12,856 nt of DNA from contig JBDZWC010000087.1 of the NCBI GenBank assembly GCA_040256005.1, positions 1 through 12,856 of the forward strand. The letters run 5' to 3'. The notes beneath the pieces are model-generated. The model made no database searches, had not been told where the DNA came from, and was given only the letters and a program-made list of their open reading frames with translations. Shown one piece after another: positions 1 through 5,980 of the stretch; the first letter of the stretch is position 1; every line of letters begins with the position of its first letter. This DNA is from Deinococcaceae bacterium. Its GTDB lineage: Bacteria > Deinococcota > Deinococci > Deinococcales > Trueperaceae. Position numbers and translations under genes: made by a program.

Positions 1-2
1 GA

Positions 3-509
3 CTGGCGACCGCGCACGGACTCACGCCGAGCGACGCCGACGCCCTCGCCAGCTCCGAGGAGCTGGTGGCCTTCTTCGAGCGGGTGATGGCTCACGACGC
101 GCCGACGCAGGCGGCCGCGAACCTCGTCGTCAACGAGGTGGCCAGGGAGCTTCGCGAACGAGGGGACCGTATGGGGCTGACGCCGGCCGGCGTGGCGGGC
201 ACGGCGCGGCTCCTGTCCGACGGCACCATCACGGCCACCGCCGCCAAGGAGGTCCTGGCGGAGGCGGCAGCCAGCGGCGCCGATCCGGTAAAGCTCGTGA
301 GCGCGCGCGGCTTGGACGCGGCCCTACCGGAAGCCGAGGTGCGGCGCCTGGCGCTGGAGGCCCTGGAGCGACACCCAGACGAGGTGACCTCTTACCGCGC
401 CGGCAAGCTGGGGCTGCGGGGCTTCTTCATCGGTCAGGTCATGCGCAGCGCCGGCGGCAGGGCCGACCCGCAGGTGGTCCAGCGCGTCGTGGCGGAGGTG
501 CTGGGCTAG
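3..509 (+). CDS. C-terminal GatB/YqeY tRNA-binding domain, 5'-truncated; most likely glutamine--tRNA ligase/YqeY fusion (alternative: GatB)
   Basis: Frame is open from base 3 (LATAHGLTPSDADALASSEELVAFFE...) to TAG at 507-509. YqeY motifs present: ANLVVNEV, GTITATAAKEVL, YRAGKLGLRGFFIGQVMRSAGGRADPQ. As I recall it, the sequence is closer to the Deinococcus GlnRS C-terminal appendix than to canonical GatB. Confidence 0.85.
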   Translation: MATAHGLTPSDADALASSEELVAFFERVMAHDAPTQAAANLVVNEVARELRERGDRMGLTPAGVAGTARLLSDGTITATAAKEVLAEAAASGADPVKLVSARGLDAALPEAEVRRLALEALERHPDEVTSYRAGKLGLRGFFIGQVMRSAGGRADPQVVQRVVAEVLG

Positions 510-513
510 GCGC

Positions 514-529
514 GGTACGAGCGCGTACC
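514..529. terminator. Short hairpin between convergent genes
   Basis: GGTACG-AGCG-CGTACC, a 6-bp stem with no U-tract. Confidence 0.3.
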
Positions 530-541
530 CCGGCGGTGGGC

Positions 542-1498
542 CTACAGGGCGACCAGCCTGGCGGCCATGCGCTTGGCGGCCTGCTTGAGCTGCTCCGGCC
601 CCTCGATCCGCACCTCGCATCTCAGCCGCAGCAGGTGGTGCACGACCCAGTCCAGGCCGCCTTCGTCCGTCCTCACCGTCAGCCGGACGCCCTCGTCCAC
701 CGGCTCGAGCAGCACCGTCGTCATGGCCAGGCGCCTGCTGGCGGTCTGGATGTCCGTGCTCAGCAGCGCGCGGCAGATCAGGTCGCCGTGGCCCGGGGCC
801 ATGGCGATGGCGTCCGTCACGTAGCGGTAGACGTCGAACCCCTGTGGCCGCTCGAAACGCTCCTCGGTGGGAGCGATGCGCCGGATGCGGTCAACCCTGA
901 ACGTGCGCAGGTCCTGCCTGAGGTGGCAGTAGGCGACGACGTACCAGGGGCCCAGCTTGGCTAGGCCGTAGGGGTCGACCTTCCTCTCGGTAACCCGACC
1001 GCCTGCGGTGTAACCGATCGTCACGCGGTCTCCGCGGTGGCTCGCCTCGGCCAGGGCGATGACGTGCTGGCTGGGCGCCGGCACCGTGGGGTCCGGGGAC
1101 AGCTGGCCTGGAGACAGGGTCTCCTGCAGCGCCCGCACCCGGCCACGGGTCTCGGGCGACAGGACGGTCTCGAGCCGTTCGAGGGCGCGGTTGGCCGCGT
1201 GCCCCAGCGCCGCGTCGCTGTCCGCCGCCACCGCCTTGAGGCCGGTGGCGAGGGCCAGCAGCTCGTCGTCCGTGAAGCGCACAGCGGGGAGCAACGCGCC
1301 GGCCGGCAGGCTGACGCCGCCGTTGCGCCCCGGCTGGGTCTCCACGGGCAGGTCCAGCTCGATCAACCGCCCGATGTCGCGCCTCACCGTGCGCTCCGAC
1401 ACGCCCAAGCGGCGCGCCAGCTCGGCGGAGGTTCGCAGGCCCCTCCCCTGCAGCTCCTCCACCAGGTCGAAGAGCCTCTTCGGCAGCGCCGAACCCAT
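542..1498 (-). CDS. YafY/PafBC-like transcriptional regulator (HTH-WYL-WCX), 318 aa
   Basis: N-terminal wHTH (RLFDLVEELQ...SAELARRLGVSERTVRRDIGRL, PGRNGG). WYL domain (RKVDPYGL, WYVVAYCHLRQDLRTFRVDRI). WCX-like end (VRIEGPEQLK). Start placed at ATG 1498, 7 nt after TATGTT; the ORF track uses 1510. Confidence 0.95.
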   Translation of the reverse strand: MGSALPKRLFDLVEELQGRGLRTSAELARRLGVSERTVRRDIGRLIELDLPVETQPGRNGGVSLPAGALLPAVRFTDDELLALATGLKAVAADSDAALGHAANRALERLETVLSPETRGRVRALQETLSPGQLSPDPTVPAPSQHVIALAEASHRGDRVTIGYTAGGRVTERKVDPYGLAKLGPWYVVAYCHLRQDLRTFRVDRIRRIAPTEERFERPQGFDVYRYVTDAIAMAPGHGDLICRALLSTDIQTASRRLAMTTVLLEPVDEGVRLTVRTDEGGLDWVVHHLLRLRCEVRIEGPEQLKQAAKRMAARLVAL

Positions 1499-1505
1499 GC
1501 CAGGC

Positions 1506-1511
1506 AACATA
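1506..1511 (-). promoter_or_regulatory. -10 element for a probably leaderless WYL-regulator transcript
   Basis: Minus strand reads TATGTT-GCCTGGC-ATG(1498), with no Shine-Dalgarno. Confidence 0.6.
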
Positions 1512-1519
1512 GCTGGAAA

Positions 1520-1553
1520 CTGGCCAAGCGGTGTCCGGGTATCCGACTAGCTT
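1520..1553 (+). promoter_or_regulatory. Putative WYL-regulator operator and PafBC-type promoter for the small ORF at 1588
   Basis: Imperfect inverted repeat CTGGCCA-N5-TGTCCGG (1520-1538). Its right arm forms TGTCCG(1532-1537)-N10-TAGCTT(1548-1553), resembling the PafBC consensus TGTCGG-N10-TA-N3-T. Confidence 0.65.
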
Positions 1554-1587
1554 GTGTAGGCAGATGAGGTCGTCGAAGGAGGCGCTC

Positions 1588-1929
1588 ATGACACACGGGA
1601 TCAACGCCTACCCAAGGCTGGGTTACTGGGACCGCCAGAAGGAGCTCATCGAGGAAGCACGCCGCTTGCACGAGGGCGCCAGGGCGGTACGCGAAGCGAG
1701 GCGCGCTGCCCGCGCCGCCAGAGCGCATCTGACGGCGGGCGCCTCGTCGCTCACTCGCACACGTGCAACGAACGACACCGCACGCGTTCCGCCGCGCGCC
1801 GGCTCCGGGCGCGGCGCCGGCGCGCTCCGGAAGCCGCTGCCGGTATGGCGGACGGCAGCCGCCCGCATGGGCTCCTCCCTCGTGGCGGTCGGCGAACGGC
1901 TCGAGCGCCTGGCGCTCAGGCACAACTAG
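1588..1929 (+). CDS. Small Arg/Ala-rich hypothetical protein, 113 aa
   Basis: Strong SD AAGGAGG (1576-1582) before ATG 1588. Fills the gap between the WYL gene and nagA. Helical-looking ends (DRQKELIEEARRL; RMGSSLVAVGERLERL) and a hairpin at the stop. Confidence 0.75.
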   Translation: MTHGINAYPRLGYWDRQKELIEEARRLHEGARAVREARRAARAARAHLTAGASSLTRTRATNDTARVPPRAGSGRGAGALRKPLPVWRTAAARMGSSLVAVGERLERLALRHN

Positions 1930-1944
1930 CGAGCTCCGGCTCGC
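1929..1944. terminator. Hairpin between the convergent small ORF and nagA
   Basis: GCGAGC-TCCG-GCTCGC, a 6-bp stem with a C(UNCG)G loop and no U-tract. Confidence 0.4.
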
Positions 1945-1960
1945 GACGGACCGGGGACGT

Positions 1961-3103
1961 CTACGCCAGCTGGCGTCCCCGGACGTACACGCCTTCCACG
2001 TTCAGGTCAGCGTCGAGCACGACGAGGTCCGCGCGCGCCCCCACCGCCAGGCGTCCGCGGTCGCCGAGACCCAGGTAGTCAGCGGGTGTAGCCGTGGCCA
2101 TGGCCACGGCCGCGGGTAGGTCCAGACCCGCCGCGACGGCGTTCCTGACCGCCAGGTCCATCGTGAGCACGCTGCCGGCCAGGGTCCCGTCGGCCAACCG
2201 CGCCGCGCCGCCCGCCACCGTGACGCTCTGTCCACCCAGCTCGCTCGCGCCGTCGCCGCGACCGGTAGCCCGTATCGCGTCCGTGATCAGCAGCGACCGC
2301 CCCGGTTTCGCCGCGACGGCGGCCCTGAAGGCCACCGGGTGGACATGATGCCGGTCGAAGATCAGCTCCGCGAACGCGTCCGAGCGGGAGAGCGCGGTGC
2401 CCACGACCCCGGGCTCACGTGAGCCCAGCTGGGTCATCGCGTTGTAGAGGTGGGTGAACCCTGGCGTTCCGGCGGCGGCGAGCACGGCGTCCACCGCGCT
2501 GCCCGCCTGCTCGGCCGTGGCGAGCGTGTGGCCGAAGCTGACCCTGACGCCCGCCCGCGCGAACGCCTGGGCCGCCCTTACGGCTCCTTCAAGCTCCGGC
2601 GCCAAGGTGACCACCTTCACCACCCCGAGCGCTATCACCTCGGCCACCAGTGCGGGGTCTGGCGGTAGGTCGTCCGGGGGCTGCGCCCCCAGCTTGCCTG
2701 GGCTGATGAACGGCCCCTCCAAGTGGGCACCTAGGATGTCCGGCGTGCCGGTGAACGGTCCGCCGGTGCGCTCTTCGTCCATCACCTCCCGCACGCCGCG
2801 CAGCGCAGCCATCACCCTCGGCCACGGGTTCGTCATGGTGGTGGGCAGGATCGTGGTCGTGCCGTGCCGCGCGTGCAGCCGCGCGAGCGTCCTCACGCCC
2901 TCGGGGCCATCCATCGTGTCGCCGCCGTCACCGCCGTGGACATGGACGTCGATGAAACCCGGGCAGATGATGGGTGCGCGCGCTCGACCGGCGGCGGTCA
3001 CGCCTGCGCCTCCTGGCTCGATGCGCTCGATCTGGGCGCCGAACTCGATGCTGCCGTGCGCGGCCCCACCCGGCAGCAGCAGCGTGCCCTGTAGACGCGT
3101 CAC
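1961..3103 (-). CDS. nagA: N-acetylglucosamine-6-phosphate deacetylase, 380 aa
   Basis: Motifs PGFIDVHVHG, GTTTILPT, GAHLEGPFI, TLAPE, FGHT, THLYNAM, LITDA, GTLAGS, GARADLV. Start placed at GTG 3103. Confidence 0.95.
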   Translation of the reverse strand: MTRLQGTLLLPGGAAHGSIEFGAQIERIEPGGAGVTAAGRARAPIICPGFIDVHVHGGDGGDTMDGPEGVRTLARLHARHGTTTILPTTMTNPWPRVMAALRGVREVMDEERTGGPFTGTPDILGAHLEGPFISPGKLGAQPPDDLPPDPALVAEVIALGVVKVVTLAPELEGAVRAAQAFARAGVRVSFGHTLATAEQAGSAVDAVLAAAGTPGFTHLYNAMTQLGSREPGVVGTALSRSDAFAELIFDRHHVHPVAFRAAVAAKPGRSLLITDAIRATGRGDGASELGGQSVTVAGGAARLADGTLAGSVLTMDLAVRNAVAAGLDLPAAVAMATATPADYLGLGDRGRLAVGARADLVVLDADLNVEGVYVRGRQLA

Positions 3104-3110
3104 GCACGCC

Positions 3111-3116
3111 ACTGTA
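3111..3116 (-). promoter_or_regulatory. -10 element for probably leaderless nagA
   Basis: Minus strand reads TACAGT-GGCGTGC-GTG(3103), with no SD. Confidence 0.6.
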
Positions 3117-3172
3117 CGCGCGCGAGCGGGCCGGGGTACCTACGTCCCTGGCCGGAGCCCGGGTGAAGACCG

Positions 3173-3195
3173 CATACTCGATGTCGAAAGGGAGG
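3173..3195 (+). promoter_or_regulatory. Candidate -10 element and SD for the DoxX gene
   Basis: CATACT at 3173-3178; AGGGAGG ends 7 nt before ATG 3203. Confidence 0.5.
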
Positions 3196-3202
3196 CCACG
3201 GT

Positions 3203-3781
3203 ATGCCTCGTAACGAGTACTACCCAGAGCCGACGATAAGCAAGTTCCTCTTCGCCTCGCGCTTCATGGCGCCAGTCTGGACGGTGCTGAGGGTCTACCT
3301 CGGGTGGCTATGGCTCAACGCGGGCTGGCACAAGGTCAACGACGTCAAGTGGGTAGGCGCCGAGGCCGGGACCGCCGTCACCGGCTTCCTCAACCGGGCC
3401 CTCAGCCTCTCCGGGGGTGACTCACCCGCCGTCAGCGGTTGGTACGCCTGGATCGTAGAGAACGTGTTCCTGCCGGCCGCGCCCGTCATGTCCTACCTCG
3501 TCGCCTTCGGTGAGCTGCTGGTGGGCGTCGCGCTCATAGCCGGGTTCCTCACCGGGATGGTGGCATTCCTGGGCGGGTTGATGAACGTGGCTTTCATGCT
3601 GGCAGGCACGCTGTCCACGAACCCGATCATGTTCATCCTCGCGACCTGGATCGTGCTGGCCTGGCGCATCGCCGGCTACTACGGGCTCGACTACTGGGTG
3701 CTGCCGCTCCTCGGCGCTCCCGCCAACGGCTTCAGCCGGCGCCGCAGCCTGGCGGCGGGTACGCGCGCCTCGCCGGCATAG
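3203..3781 (+). CDS. DoxX/DoxD-family membrane protein (thiosulfate:quinone oxidoreductase subunit-like), 192 aa
   Basis: Motifs LRVYLGWLWLNAGWHKV, WYAWIVENVFLP, GELLVGVALIAG, MNVAFMLAGTLSTNP, AGYYGLD. About four hydrophobic segments and a good SD. Confidence 0.9.
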   Translation: MPRNEYYPEPTISKFLFASRFMAPVWTVLRVYLGWLWLNAGWHKVNDVKWVGAEAGTAVTGFLNRALSLSGGDSPAVSGWYAWIVENVFLPAAPVMSYLVAFGELLVGVALIAGFLTGMVAFLGGLMNVAFMLAGTLSTNPIMFILATWIVLAWRIAGYYGLDYWVLPLLGAPANGFSRRRSLAAGTRASPA

Positions 3782-3874
3782 GGTTGACGCTCGGCGAGCC
3801 CGGACCCGTGGGCTCCGCTCGGCCCGTACGGGCCTAGACCGCGCTCACCACCCGCCACAGTGCGGACGACGAGA

Positions 3875-3910
3875 CCCGGCCCCGCGAAGACCGCGGGGCC
3901 GGGCTCTGTT
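3875..3910. terminator. Probable bidirectional intrinsic terminator between doxX and csp
   Basis: Perfect 12-bp stem CCCGGCCCCGCG-AAGAC-CGCGGGGCCGGG (3875-3903), followed by CTCTGTT on + and TCTCGTC on -. Confidence 0.75.
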
Positions 3911-3960
3911 ACGGCTTCTCTGCGGGACGGCTCACGCGAGCCGGTACAGGAACGACTGTC

Positions 3961-4356
3961 TCAGTAGCGCCTGTTGCGGCCGCCGCGACCACGGTCGCCG
4001 CCGCGATCGCCACCGCGGTCGCCACCGCGGTCGCGGTCACGCCCGTCCCTGTCGCGGTTGTCGTAGCGGCCGCCGCCACGCTCGCCGCCTCCGAAGCGGT
4101 CGCCGCCGCCACCACCGAAGTTGTCGAAGGACGCGGCCTGGACCGGCGCGCGGTGCGTGATGACCACGTTGCGGGCCTGTGGCCCCTTGGGACCCTGCTC
4201 GACCTCGAACGAGACCTCGTCGCCCTCGTTGAGAGTCCTGAACCCGTCGGCTTGGATGGCGCTGAAGTGCACGAACACGTCATCACCGCCCTCGTCGTTG
4301 GCGATGAAGCCGTACCCCTTCTCGCTGCTGAACCACTTGACCTTGCCTTCTGCCAT
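3961..4356 (-). CDS. Cold-shock domain protein (CspA/PprM-like) with a long Gly/Arg/Asp-rich C-terminal tail, 131 aa
   Basis: Starts MAEGKVKWF, with RNP1 KGYGFI, RNP2 VFVHF and [19 protein letters not shown] precedes ATG 4356. Tail: [51 protein letters not shown]. Confidence 0.95.
   Translation of the reverse strand: MAEGKVKWFSSEKGYGFIANDEGGDDVFVHFSAIQADGFRTLNEGDEVSFEVEQGPKGPQARNVVITHRAPVQAASFDNFGGGGGDRFGGGERGGGRYDNRDRDGRDRDRGGDRGGDRGGDRGRGGRNRRY
3992..4033. repeat. 12-bp coding tandem repeat, about 3.5 copies, encoding (RGGD)n
   Basis: CGGTCGCCGCCG CGATCGCCACCG CGGTCGCCACCG CGGTCG. Confidence 0.8.
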
Positions 4357-4474
4357 GACCTTCCTTCGCCGCCCGGGCCCCCGGGCACAAGAGACTGCCG
4401 GGCCCCTTTCGCGGGCGCACTCCACCTCTCACCGGTGTGAACCGGTCACTGGGGGTACGCCGACGTTGCCTGGC
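4357..4474 (-). promoter_or_regulatory. Long structured 5' leader of the csp gene
   Basis: Lies between the predicted promoter and the ATG, and contains several stems found by manual pairing (see findings). Confidence 0.6.
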
Positions 4475-4480
4475 GCCAGA

Positions 4481-4510
4481 AGTGTAGGTGATGGACGTGC
4501 CTGCTGACAA
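4481..4510 (-). promoter_or_regulatory. Sigma70-type promoter of the csp gene
   Basis: TTGTCA(4510-4505)-18 nt-TACACT(4486-4481). Confidence 0.7.
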
Positions 4511-4586
4511 TACGAATGGGCACGTGCCCTGACACCCCCGGCCCAGGCCGCGCAGCCACGGTACGTTGTCGGGGGTGGAGGGACAG

Positions 4587-5516
4587 ATGCCCAACGAAAG
4601 GGTCGTGCCCGCGAACGCCCACGCTGGTCTGGAGGCGGAACTCGACGCTCTCGAGAGGGAACTCGGGGGTTCCCAGGACCCTCGCTTCGGCACACGCGCC
4701 GAACCGGCCGCCCGGCTAGGGGTGGTGGCGTTCCCGCTCGCTACCCGGGGCTCCGAGCCGCCGGTGGCGCGCCGAGCCACGGAGCAGTTCACCGCGGCCA
4801 GCACGATCAAGGTCTACGTGCTTCACGCCCTCCTAGAGGCGGTCGCGGCGGGCGAGCATGACCTCGACGAGCGGGTGACCCTCGCGGCGGCAGACCGGGT
4901 AACGGGGTCAGGAGTACTGAAGACGATGACACCGGGCACCAGCTACGTGTTGCGGGACGTAGCGAACCTCATGATCGTCGTCTCCGACAACACCGCGACC
5001 AACCTACTCATCGACCTGTTGACCTCGGAGCGCATCCGGGACGTGACGAGGGCGCACGGCTGGACCGGGACCTACCTGCGCGGCAAGCTGCAGGTGCCCG
5101 CGGCACCCGGCGCCGGCCCCGTCACGCCCAGCCAGACGACACCGGCCGACCTCGCCGATCACTTCGCCAGGCTGTGGCGCGGCGAGCTGTTGCCGCCCGA
5201 GCTCACGGACGTGGCCAAGCGCATCTACCGGGCGCAGCAGTTCACCGAACTGGGCCGGGCGCTGGACTACGACCAGTACAGCGCCGAGGTGGGCGAGTCC
5301 GACATCCTGATAGCGTCCAAGAGCGGGTCAGTTCGCGGCGTTCGCAACGACGCCGGCGTGATGACGCTTCGCGCCCTGAGCGACGACCCCGAGGAGTACG
5401 TGATCGCCGTCATGACCGATGGCTGCCCCGACCGCCGCTTCCACCCCGAGAACCTGGGAGCGCGCGTGGTGGGCAGGGTCACCGCCACAGTGCTGAGCCA
5501 CCTGTCCGCGACCTGA
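4587..5516 (+). CDS. Serine hydrolase of the class A beta-lactamase fold (Beta-lactamase2-like), 309 aa, no signal peptide
   Basis: SxxK (AASTIK), SDN (VSDNTATN), KSG (SKSGS) and RNDAG motifs. SD GGAGGG before ATG 4587; candidate -10 TACGTT at 4562-4567. Confidence 0.9.
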   Translation: MPNERVVPANAHAGLEAELDALERELGGSQDPRFGTRAEPAARLGVVAFPLATRGSEPPVARRATEQFTAASTIKVYVLHALLEAVAAGEHDLDERVTLAAADRVTGSGVLKTMTPGTSYVLRDVANLMIVVSDNTATNLLIDLLTSERIRDVTRAHGWTGTYLRGKLQVPAAPGAGPVTPSQTTPADLADHFARLWRGELLPPELTDVAKRIYRAQQFTELGRALDYDQYSAEVGESDILIASKSGSVRGVRNDAGVMTLRALSDDPEEYVIAVMTDGCPDRRFHPENLGARVVGRVTATVLSHLSAT

Positions 5517-5559
5517 GTCCTGGCCGCTAGGCTAATGACCGGCGCAGGCAGCCCCGTGC

Positions 5560-5829
5560 TCACCACGCCGACGCATCCTCGAGCGCGAGGCGCAACCTGA
5601 CCGTCGACTCGCCCGGCCAGACCAACCAGTCGCGCGTCTTCACCGTCACAAGCCCCTCGTTCGTCACGCAGGCCAGCGGCTCACCCGTGCCCAGCGTCCT
5701 GATGAGGTCGTGCAGTTGGGCGGTAGGGACCTCGATCTCCCATTGCAGCTTGGCATCAGAGGCGCCGACGATGACCCCCTGCAGCCCTGCCAAACTGGCC
5801 TTGAGCGGTAGCGCTGTGGGTTCGTCCAT
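5560..5829 (-). CDS. Hypothetical protein, 89 aa, predicted beta-rich
   Basis: Fills the gap between convergent genes and has globular-protein composition (LQWEIEV, VTVKTRDWLVW, VRLRLAL). No family recognised. Confidence 0.6.
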   Translation of the reverse strand: MDEPTALPLKASLAGLQGVIVGASDAKLQWEIEVPTAQLHDLIRTLGTGEPLACVTNEGLVTVKTRDWLVWPGESTVRLRLALEDASAW

Positions 5830-5957
5830 GCCGCCAGCATCGCGCGCGCCGGCCGCCGGCACGCTGTCGACATAGGCACATGCCTACCGGCTGTGGGCTA
5901 ACGCCGTGAGCCGATGGGCAGGCGTGGAGAGCGAGCCGACCTGGCACAACCCTGGCC

Positions 5958-5974
5958 AGGCTGCACGGCAGCCT
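5958..5974 (-). terminator. Hairpin just downstream of the addA-like stop
   Basis: AGGCTGC-ACG-GCAGCCT, a 7-bp stem 6 nt after the stop, with no U-tract. Confidence 0.35.
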
Positions 5975-5980
5975 CGTACG

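Noticed and set aside
542..1498. WYL gene as a marker of a defence island (BrxR/CapW-like)
   Set aside because: The architecture is YafY/PafBC-like, the neighbours are housekeeping genes, and no mobility genes or obvious composition shift are seen.
2454..3239. 261-aa plus-strand ORF
   Set aside because: Antisense to nagA, with Ser/Pro/Thr/Ala-rich shadow composition.
3992..4033. Tandem repeat as a CRISPR array or phase-variation tract
   Set aside because: The units are 12 bp, in frame and lack spacers; they simply encode RGGD.
4357..4425. N-terminal extension of the csp ORF, and overlapping ORFs 3909-4388 and 4283-4810
   Set aside because: The CSD begins at MAEGKVKWF behind a clear SD; the upstream region is better explained as promoter and leader.
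4587..5516. Antibiotic-resistance beta-lactamase call
   Set aside because: No signal peptide and no ExxLN/Glu166 motif.
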